64,000 bases of DNA, from the NCBI GenBank assembly GCA_951406725.2, contig OX597832.1:11594001-11658000 (forward strand), read 5' to 3'. The position numbers and the translations under genes were made by a program. Shown piece by piece: positions 54,090 through 64,000 of this stretch. Positions within the stretch are counted from its first letter, which is position 1, and the number at the start of each line of letters is the position of its first letter. A model generated the notes under the pieces. It did no database searches. It was not told where the DNA came from and was given only the letters and a program-made list of their open reading frames with translations. This DNA comes from Octopus vulgaris. Taxonomy: Eukaryota.

Positions 54090-54540
54090 AATTGCTTAGC
54101 TGATGAAATAGATATCCGCAAGGCGTAGTAAGCTTTCGTAGTTTGAGGAAGCTATTACGAAAAATGATCCTTAGATACTTTGATGAGTACTTATAGCTTC
54201 AGTTCCAATGTTTACTACAAATCTCTAGCCGCTTTTATAAATACAGGAGAAGAATTGTTCCCCTGTGCCCAATCTCTTTTTCAACAGGTATTTGCAGCAT
54301 AAAATTCTAAGCAGTATCAGGGTGTTTTATGAAGTGTAAAGGAAGAATACTGTACGTGTTTTTAATGACGCTGTTTCTTGATCAGTCTAATCACGCAGAA
54401 CCATGATCGGTTACGTTTTTCATGTGATCATCTCGCCTTCTCAATTACTTTTCTTTTACGCGGCAAATTTCACCTAGGACGCGACAATCCAATAGGACAT
54501 GAAATGGAATATAATCTGCCTTAGCAAGAGCTGATAAGCA
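54090..54540 (+). mobile_element. Decayed RTE-clade LINE fragment
   Basis: LADEIDIRKA**AFRSLRKL and IGYVFHV.DH resemble ..EI..RI.KAS.AFG.L and W.GHV.RM.D.RLP. Confidence 0.45.
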
Positions 54541-54819
54541 TTAAAATGTAGCGTCCAAAAGTTCTAACGTTAGATCGTATCATGATTTGCAGATCTGTAA
54601 TATACTCTACATTTCCAGCTAAAAAAAAATTGCTAAGCGAGTGTGCTGTAAACCGAGGGACAGTTGCTTTTCTGAAACACCTTTTTGTATTTCGGTGAAT
54701 AATCAATGCTTTACATACGCTGTGAGTATCAAATGCTACTGAAATGCTTTCACCTAACCCTACAGATGCTTTTGCCGCTTCGGACACTGTGTCAGCTAAT
54801 ACCAGTACTAGAATACTCA

Positions 54820-54945
54820 CAACAGCAACTGCTGCTACTACTGCTGCTGCTGTTGCTACTGCAATTTATGCCACTACTGCTGCCGCCGCTGCTGTTGCCA
54901 CTTCACTTGCAGTTGCTACTGCCACTACTGCTGTTGTTGCTACTA
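54820..54945. repeat. (CTG/CTA/GCC) trinucleotide tract
   Basis: Direct inspection. Confidence 0.85.
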
Positions 54946-55304
54946 TTAAATCGTTTACGTTCCTATGGGCTAAATTCTATTTACATAGTTTACTTTGATG
55001 CAATAATTTGGTAAAAATCCCCCAGCTTTAAAAAGATAAAAAAGAAAACATTTGAGGACACAGATTTGTAAAGGGGCTTAACTCATAGAAACTACATACA
55101 TTCCTATTTAGATCGGAAAGAATAGTACTAAACACTTTGCCAGCACTCCCTGTTAGTTTATTCTATTAACACCCACGCCTATCACTGGGATGACCTAATC
55201 TATGTGCCTACATACACATACACGCACACACACATACACTCACACACTCACATATATATGCTTGAATATATATATATACATATACAAAAACCTATACTCT
55301 TCTC

Positions 55305-55402
55305 TTCTCTGTTTACTTCTTTCAGTCATTTGACAGCGGCCATGCTGGAGCACCATCGGTTGTCAAGCAATGTGGGGGGACAAACACAGACACACAAACA
55401 CA

Positions 55403-55485
<83 letters not shown>

Positions 55486-55640
55486 GACGGGCTTCTTTCA
55501 GTTTCCGTCTACCAAATCCACTCACAAGGCTTTGGTCGGCCCGAGGCTATAGTAGAAATCACTTGCCCAATGTGCCACGCAGTGGGAATGAATCCAGAAC
55601 CATGTGGTTTGTAAGCAAGCTACTTACCACACAGCCACTG
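55305..55640 (-). mobile_element. SINE family A with internal deletion
   Basis: ggagcacc is joined directly to atcggttgtcaagc; the middle segment present in other copies is missing. Confidence 0.88.
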
Positions 55641-55868
55641 TTTTATATCGATATGTACATAGGTGCGTGGTGTATTTGTATACGTAGCTGAGTATGTACC
55701 TAATATTTAGTTTTTGTCTATGTTGCCTTTGCAAGTATAGTTATAAAATCAAAAAGACAGAATAAAAAAAAAAACAGAAGAAACATAGTAAAAACGGAGC
55801 GTGAATTTTGAATTGAACTGAAATACCCACATGAATAGCTGTTTTAGTACCTTCGACTCTCAAGAACA

Positions 55869-56117
55869 TTGTTAGTTCCCTCTTATACCCAAACAGTTCG
55901 AACTGTTAACCTATTTTCCCATGGAGAAACAGACAGCCAGATGTTCAATGAATTTGTCAAGGACTTAATACATCCTGTGAAAACACACGGACCGCCAACA
56001 GCTTTGCTTGTACAGGGAAACATTCACTACGCAGTTAGTTGCGATTCCGAGTGGATTATTAAAATTCTGAATGAACACTGTAAAAATTCCATGAAAAAAT
56101 CATGCTTCATAACATAG
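55869..56117 (+). pseudogene. Possible pogo/DDE_1 transposase fragment (or an unassigned exon)
   Basis: SHGETDSQMFNEFVKDLIHPVKTHGPPTALLVQGNIH loosely follows GW....F..WL..F.......P.LL..DGH.SH; the catalytic D is not retained. Confidence 0.3.
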
Positions 56118-56792
56118 TTGGCGGCGCTTCATGTTCATACAATTATGAATAGAAAGAAAATACGAAGTTAAATTCATTCATTTCTTCTTGAGCAAACTAT
56201 TAAACTGTATAAACTTACCATTAGTTTCGAAAATACTTGGCTTCTTGCCAGATTTTAGTGAATGCTGCCAAATACAACAGGATTTTCTTTGTAAATTACA
56301 AATATCTTTGTACTTCCATGTAATACATATTTAAACACTTCTTGAATATATTACAAGTTAAGACGTGTTATTAAATTATTGAATAATATCTATCTGAAAA
56401 CATTTTAGATTTCTATGTGTCTGTAAGTGTGTGCGTGCGTGTGTGTGTGTATAAATAATTGTGCAGGAAGAAGAGTTTGTTATCATACACTTAAACAGAT
56501 TTTAACCAAATTAATGTGAAAAGCGAGACTTAGAAACAATTTATTTTGTGGAAATGAGAAGACAGTTTTAAACGTATGCATCATATGGAATATTCATGTT
56601 AAAACATGTTTATTTAAATGCTATATATCAGTGTAAATATTTTCACAAAAACCAAATTACTAAAAAGAAAACATCAAATCTACGTATATCTATACTCTAA
56701 GAACTTTATACACAGACATCCGTACACAGAAATACATATAAAGCTACATATTAAAATATAAATACATATATTCACAAACACACACATATATT

Positions 56793-57593
56793 GGGATTAA
56801 TCTTCTCTCTTTCCTCCTTTGCACCACATGGCCTCAGCTCTCCTCACCTCTTCATCTAACCTGCTACCCTCGCCTCTCTCTCCTAACACCTACTTCCTCC
56901 CACCCACCTCTCCTCTCTTACTCCGACTCCTACTGCTTCTCTTTACTCCTACCCACCTTCTCCTTCCCCCTTCTTCGTCACCCCTCCCTCGTAAGACCAC
57001 CCCACCCCTACATATTCCACCACCACCCTCCCTATCCTTCCCCCACCCTCCCCCTACTCATATACCCACCTCTACCTCCACCCTCAGCGTAACCCACACC
57101 CCACCCTTGCTTTCCCCACTTTCGCCTCACACACCTCCCAACACCCTCACATCACACCACACACCACTACACCTTACACCACCATACCACACAACACACC
57201 ACCACGCACACAGCTGTACTGACCACTTCCTGGACCCACATTTTCACACCTACCCATAAACACACGCACACGTTAAGATCACCAGCCCTCTTCTACATGC
57301 ACATACAAACTCTTTTATAGACACGCATGCGCACATTCGTTTTCGGATCACAACTACTTTATTATCTCCCCTTCTCCCTAGCTCTCCTGTGTGACCCTTC
57401 TGTCCAGCATTCGACATGATAGATCGCTAGCCACTACACCTTGTTCATTTTCTCCTTGTTTCTTTCTATGTTCCTGTCTGTTAAAGAGCGTAGGCTCGAA
57501 ACGTTAGACTTTTTCACTTTCCGAGCGTTATACTAATACATCTGTTTGCTGTGTACCCCACCTGTCTTCGTCTTTTGTTCTTTTATGAAATCT

Positions 57594-57597
<4 letters not shown>
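56793..57597 (+). mobile_element. Penelope-like element 3' end: GIY-YIG C-terminus, C-rich UTR, terminal repeat with decayed hammerhead
   Basis: 56794-56859 encodes GLIFSLSSFAPHGLSSPHLFI*. 56793-57260 is homologous to 556-1040 and 57447-57597 to 29533-29696. Ends in (TA)n. Confidence 0.82.
57474..57510 (+). ncRNA. Decayed minimal hammerhead motif (family P1)
   Basis: CTGTTAA-a-gagc(gtag)gctc-GAAA-c-GTT-agac; stem II is identical to the 29.5-kb copy, but the core is mutated at positions 6 and 8. Confidence 0.5.
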
Positions 57598-57624
<27 letters not shown>

Positions 57625-57867
57625 CGTGTGTGAAAGAGATGGAGTGTGTGTATGTATATATTTACACAACATAGAAACATACATTTATATTAAATAGTGA
57701 ATATAAATTCTTCGTTTATCAATTACCATCTTGCCTTATAGAGTATGTATCAGAATTTCCAAATATAATTTAAGACCAGGTTGTCATAGGAAGAGGAGAT
57801 AATCAAAAGAATCAATAATTTGCTACTGAGTAAAAAGAGAATCGCAGTATATGGAGAGAAGTGGACA

Positions 57868-58043
57868 GGCATAGGAGTGGCTGTGTGGTAAGTAGCTTGC
57901 TTACGAACCACATGGTTCTGGGTTCAGACCCACTGCGTGGCACCTGGGCAAGTGTCTTCTACTATAGCCCCAGGCCGACCAGAGCCTTCTGGGTAGATTT
58001 TATAGACGGAAACTGAAAGAAGCTCATCATATATGTATGTATG

Positions 58044-58092
<49 letters not shown>

Positions 58093-58292
58093 ATTTGTTT
58101 GTGTGTCTGTATTTGTCCTCTCAACATCGCTTGATGCTGGTGTGTTTACGTCCCCGTAACTTAGCGGTTCAGCAAAAGAGACTGATAAAATAAGTACTAG
58201 GCTTACAATGAATAAGTCCTGGGCTCGATTTGTTCGACTAATGTCGGCGCTCCAGCATGGCCACACTCAAATGACTGAAACAAGTAAAAGAG
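57868..58292 (+). mobile_element. SINE family A, full length
   Basis: ggcataggagtggctgtgtggtaagtagc...aaatgactgaaacaagtaaaagag. Confidence 0.9.
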
Positions 58293-58914
58293 TAAATGAG
58301 TCGCTGAAGCGCTTTACAGCCCCAATAGGCGTCATCAACGTGAGCATTATCCTAACCTATCTCCATCAGTATAGCTTCATAGACATGTATGCAAAACGAG
58401 AAAAATAGGTGTGCCCTTTGAAGTGACATATATATATGAACAACATAAACAAATTTATTGTATATCAAATACCGTGTAAATAAATTGTGGATGTATTCAA
58501 ATATCAGAACATATACAGCAATTAATAAATGGTAATTAAGTTCTGCGCTATATGAGAAGAGTATATAATCTCAAGGGTAAAGAAATCTTGAAACCTGAAA
58601 TGGCATTACCAAAATGATAGGCTTGGTGTCTGAAAACAAATTATACATGCACACGCATATACATATCTTTGATTATATCAAAAGCAAAAAATATAAAGCA
58701 AGTTATAAAAGAATATACGTTGATAGTTGTACCTGTTTCAATATTGCAGGGTTAGGCTTCCTTCATCTAGAAATCTTTGGAGAAAAGTTATTATTCAGTA
58801 ATAGCGTCAGCCTGTATAATTTTATTACATGACTTACAATAATATAATCAAAAACATTTATATGAGACAATACTATACTAATTTAAAACATATTACATAC
58901 ATATATACATATAT

Positions 58915-59200
58915 CACGTCATCCCGTGACCGACCAGACCATCAGATGTTGCTACACATCGCTGGTCACAATGCGTTCGCATTGCTTTAGCCTTCGAATG
59001 ACGCCACCGCGTCAGAAGAAAGAGTGAGAGAAAGTTGTGGTGAAAGAGTACAGCAGGGATCACCACCATCCCCTGCCGGAGCCTCGTGGAGATTTAGGTG
59101 TTTCCGCTCAATAAACACTCACAACGCCTGGTCTGGGAATCGAAACCGCGATCCTGCGACCGCGAGTCCGCTGCCCTAACCACTGGGCCATTGCGCCTCC
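58915..59200 (-). mobile_element. SINE family C (different 3' tail)
   Basis: Head ggaggcgcaatggcccagtggttagggcagcggactcgcggtcgcaggatcgcggtttcgattccc on the minus strand. The body matches 7540-7720 up to tttctctcactcttt, then diverges. Confidence 0.85.
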
Positions 59201-60256
59201 TTATATACATATATAAATACCCAAAAATGCATATAGATAAACACACATACAGTGTATGTGTATAAATATAGATTATATATTTATACACATATTTATACAC
59301 ATGTATATGAATTTCGATTATCCATTCAGCCAAAGGTATTGTTTTATGATTGCTCTTGGTTTCTTCGTTTTAGTTAACTCTGCTTTTGTTGGTGTCGTTG
59401 TTGTTGCTTCTGCTACAGTTATTATGTTTGTGCAGTTTATTATGTTTGCTACTGTTTATTATGTTTGGACCAGAGCTAAATTCAACTGATGTCCGACTAC
59501 ACTCACCCTAAATCTATTTACTCCTTTCATTTTCAACCACAATATAGCGGCAACTACAATGACCAGTGTTCTTTCGTGTCTACTCCATCCAATGGCTTTT
59601 TTCTCTTATACTCATTGAAATTTGCGTTTCCAGGTGATAGTTCTATTATTTCTGATCGTTACAATGACTTGTGATAGCACCTATCAGTTTCTTGGATACA
59701 TTAGGTAATGTAATTGACAGTCCAGTCAACATTGATTTAGAAATAATCAACATTAAAAATAACAATCATCGCATCAACCAGCAAAAGACTCTCGACGTCG
59801 TTGCTCTAACTGCTGGACATAACAGCCAAATCCTATAAGCAGATAACCCTACAATTTACTTTGCTATATCCATGATAATTTGTCTTCACTCATTTGCTTT
59901 TATTCTAGCACATTATCATCCAACATTTCTCTTAGCAATCAAATCACCATTTCGTCTAGCAGGTCAAGTGACGAAATATTAAACGCCAGCGGAAGAAAGC
60001 AAATTAACGGCTCCGTGGATTTGGTGATGCGTAGCTATACACTGCTTCGAATTTGCTTCTTATCAATCAGATCCACATAGGGTAGAGATAAACACAGGTG
60101 ATACTCATAATGATTCTTGTAACTAAAGCGCACTCTGCGAGGACATGTCTTTTATTTGTGTATTGCGTGTATAAAGATTGGCGAAGCGTTGCTCCTAAAC
60201 AAAGTCTGAGATAGTATACAATCACTCGAGCGACTCCATAATGAGTTACTCGCACA

Positions 60257-60302
<46 letters not shown>

Positions 60303-60306
<4 letters not shown>

Positions 60307-61111
60307 TAATGAGGGAGATAAATTAATATTAATTTTAATATCAATTTAAAACCAGTAGTCCAGCATTCAAAAAATCTGAGAAGTCAGAGAAAATTCTAAT
60401 ATATGTGTATATAGGCAGGGCTGGCCTGCTAGGTAGCCGGCCGAATACTAGAAAGAGATCATCAACGATCAAACTACAAGGAAATTCTCTAGAGGAAGAA
60501 TTCAGCGAACACCAGAACCAAATTTGGCGGGCAGGACATATGAAAATTTAAATAAAAAACAGACTTAAATGCATACCTCGGTTTCGGTCTTTAACAAAAG
60601 AATTACTTACATAATTCAAATGTCCGTGACTTCATCAGTACATTCGGTCATCGAGATGCAAACCGTAAAACTAACCCCAGCTCTCTGTGTCAAGACAGAC
60701 ACGTGCATAGTTTTACCGTTTACATCGGAGATAAAATTTCAAATGTCTTGGTTCTGGCGCGCTAAGAAATTCCTGAAGCGAAGGACTGCAGTGAATAATT
60801 CACTGCGGTTAGTGCTTACTACTAGGGAACGTATTTATTTCAATATTTAAGTAATGAGGGAGATAAATTAATATTAATTTTAATATCAATTTAAAACCAG
60901 TAGTCCAGCATTCAAAAAATCTGAGAAGTCAGAGAAAATTCTAATATATTTAAGTCTGTTTTTTATTTAAATTTTCATATGTCCTGCCCGCCAAATTTGG
61001 TTCTGGTGTTCGCTGAATTCTTCCTCTAGAGAATTTCCCTTGTAGTTTGATCGTTGATGATCTCTTTCTAGTATTCGGCCGGCTACCTAGCAGGCCAGCC
61101 CTGCCTATATA
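60303..61111 (-). mobile_element. Retrozyme/PLE-like cassette: 545-bp-period partial tandem plus inverted terminal segment, in (TA)n
   Basis: Direct repeat 60303-60404 = 60848-60949 and inverted repeat 60408-60570 vs 60948-61111, with no mismatches seen by eye. Hammerhead at 60568-60644; TA tracts on both sides. Confidence 0.8.
60568..60644 (-). ncRNA. Type I hammerhead ribozyme with extended stem II
   Basis: Minus strand aatgta-CTGATGA-agtc...gaca..gaattat(gtaa)gtaattc..tgtt...gacc-GAAA-c(cgag)-GTA-tgcatt. 6-bp stem I, long stem II capped by a GUAA tetraloop, short stem III, GUA cleavage triplet. The first stem II pair is an A-C mismatch. Confidence 0.85.
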
Positions 61112-61117
61112 TACATA

Positions 61118-61148
<31 letters not shown>

Positions 61149-61509
61149 GTACACATCTTACTTGACTTAAATGAATAATACATCGATTATATGTGTAATT
61201 AAAAGCGACAATCTTCTCATACAATGTTACGCAGCGTCTAACAGATAATTGCTTTAAGAGTATACTTCTCTGTGAAATAGTCAACGATTTACACGCTAAT
61301 TCAGCGAATATGGTAATTCAGACAACTTCATTCATCATCATTGATACATTATATATATATATATATATAAAGAGAGAGAGAGGTCACTAAAGTGACCAAG
61401 GGTAATAGCTCCAGTATGGGGCTAACTTTTACTGATGTCTATATGTCCATACTTCTGTCTTTCGATTGTAAATTGCGAATAAGCCTCCTTTATGATAAAG
61501 ACATAGTAT

Positions 61510-62035
61510 GTTGTCTACCAGACAAATTGTGTGGCGTTGCCAGTAAATCCAACAATATTGTACTTCCAGCTCCTTGTACTGGGCTACATGTTACCCTTAG
61601 TGATGCAAAGAGACTTGAAATAAGTACACAGACACACACACATATACACTATGTAAGAAATATATACGCAAATATTATTATATATATATATTCACAGAGT
61701 TCTTGCGCTTATATTCACAGACAATGTCTAGCTGTCCTGTTCTGAATCATTGGATTTAATCAGTCTAGCCAGCAGTTCCGCTTATAAAGTTATAAGGTCA
61801 GAAACTCATGGAAAATTATCAGGAAAAGAAATGATGAAAAATGATAAAGAAAATTTAAGATCCACAAAGATCAGAACTTAGCTGTAGCTTTTGGTGGTCT
61901 AAATGAGGTATGCAATCTATTTGGGGGAATTTTTCAATACATGTCTGGTTTAAAAAGCCACACCAGACGCCATGATGGATCTAAGGTGTAAGTACAAGAG
62001 GTAGTCATCAGACTCAGTATAAGTAGACAACCACC

Positions 62036-62079
<44 letters not shown>

Positions 62080-62996
62080 TCATACCCATACACACACATA
62101 TATATGTGTGTGTATATATATGTATATATATATATAAATACACACACGCACATATATATATGTGTATATATGCAGATAAACATATATACATATATGTATG
62201 TGTGCGCGTGTGTGTGTGAGTATGTGTGTATACATGTATATACACGCGTGTTGTTTATCCATGGGTGTATTCAATAGATAGCCCTCGGCTAAGCAGGGGT
62301 ATAGTGTCAACAATTGAGATCCAGAGATGCTCAATATAGGAGACACGTCGGTAAAGAGGTGCTATATTAGAAATCCAGGTGATTTTTCTACCTCGACGAA
62401 AGTAGCCGGCTTTTCTGTAACGTTAATAAGCATCCTCTACTGGAATTACACTACAAGAGTTACATAATTATGTGCCCCTAGAAACGGCTGTCGTACATAA
62501 AATACCACTCATTATTCCCTTACGTTTCTGTATCTTTGTAATCCATCTATATTTGTTTATTGTGTAAATGTATAAATATCCTAGTATTCATCAACTGCAT
62601 ATTTTCAATCTTATCTTCTCTCTACATATATTACTGTGTATATGTATCAACACTTCATATATTTATGAAGCCCAAGCATGTTTGTCTGCATCACTATTGC
62701 CATATCAGCTCTCTTGGCTTTCTTTTATAAGCATTCTTTACCATGAGATAGAGACTTCGGAGAGTAGCTCCAAATTATTTGAGCTCTGCTACGTGTATTT
62801 TATGTTAGCATCTCTAGATCTCAACTGTTGACTCTGTAAATATAGATATATCTACATAGAGATATACATATACATATCTCTTTCTTTCTTTCTTTTTTTT
62901 TCTGCCTTTCTTTCTTTGTCTCTGTATTTAAACATATATATATACACACACACACACATATATATATATACAAATACATACATATATATACTCACA

Positions 62997-63042
<46 letters not shown>

Positions 63043-63095
63043 GACATATACATACACACACCCACACGCATATATATATACATATATATACATAC

Positions 63096-63171
<76 letters not shown>

Positions 63172-63860
63172 CGGTGGATAAATATGCTCGTAAACTCCAA
63201 CCATACGTGCGTGACATATACGTAGACACCCGCAAGAATCTTTCAACGCTGAACATAGAGTTTATCTCAGTATAATTGTAGTAATAATTTTACATTTCAT
63301 TAATGGAATTGATTTTTATCGAATATTGACTCCACTCCATTACGTAGATAGACACTTATACACACACACACGTGTGTGTGTGTGTGTGTGTGTGTGCGTG
63401 TGAATGTGCTAGTGTATAATACGGATCTACTTGAAGCTAATCATGCTCGTAGTTATTCTACTTGTTCATTTAATCATTTAAAGATTTTTCATAATTTCTT
63501 TTCCTGATAATTTTCCATGAGTTTCTGACCTTATAACCTTATAACCGGAACTGATGCCAGATTGATTAAATCCAATGATTCAGAACAGGAAAGCTAGACA
63601 CTGTCTGTGAATATAAGCGCATGCGCACTGTGGATATATATATATATATATAATATTATTTTATGTATACCTATATTGTATGTGTATGTATGTATGTATG
63701 TATGTATGTGTGTGCGCGCGTGAGTATATATGCATGTGTCTAACTTATTTCAAGTTACTTTACATCACTAAGGGTAACATGTAGACCAGTACAAGGAGCT
63801 GCAAGTATAGGACATTGCTAGCTGTACTGGCAACCTTACAAAATTTGTGCGGTAGAAAAC
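61510..63860. repeat. Long diverged inverted repeat (arms ~61510-61842 and ~63484-63860)
   Basis: ttataaggtcagaaactcatggaaaattatcaggaaaagaaat vs atttcttttcctgataattttccatgagtttctgaccttataa, and ctacatgttacccttagtgatg vs catcactaagggtaacatgtag. A TA tract sits at the equivalent position in both arms. Confidence 0.92.
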
Positions 63861-64000
63861 TCAATCTGAATGCCATTTAGTTCGAAAAGGAAATTCCATC
63901 AAAATATGCATGAGAACGAGCTGTTAATAACCAGCTACAGTCTGGCAGAGGTACATTCTTTTCTACTCTAGGCACAAGGACCGAAGTTTGTGGGTATTAG

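Noticed and set aside
62445-62500. Possible decayed hammerhead (ctacaaga...acataattatgt...gaaac-ggct-gtc) followed by a T-rich tail
   Set aside because: The core does not match CUGANGA and stem I is unconvincing. Single copy, so it cannot be validated here.

Overview
AT-rich eukaryotic non-coding DNA, very probably coleoid cephalopod (Octopus-like). That assignment is an inference from the repeat families and the microsatellite load, not a database result. I see no intact host gene; nearly all ORF-track entries are translations of microsatellites or SINEs. The window is a mosaic of: at least four tRNA-derived SINE families (many copies, some tandem, nested or inverted); decayed LINE fragments (RTE, CR1/L2, R4/Dong-like); Tc1/mariner/pogo relics, including one complete internally deleted mariner; and simple-sequence tracts. 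The most notable signal is a set of Penelope-like element (PLE) or retrozyme-like cassettes sitting in (TA)n tracts that carry hammerhead ribozyme motifs (5 motifs, 3 families). One is a 545-bp-period structured unit at 60303-61111 with a near-complete type I hammerhead, whose inverted duplication starts 3 nt from the predicted cleavage site. There is also a ~350-bp-arm inverted repeat at 61.5-63.9 kb and a ~148-nt near-perfect hairpin at 6.2 kb. Coordinates of decayed repeats are approximate.
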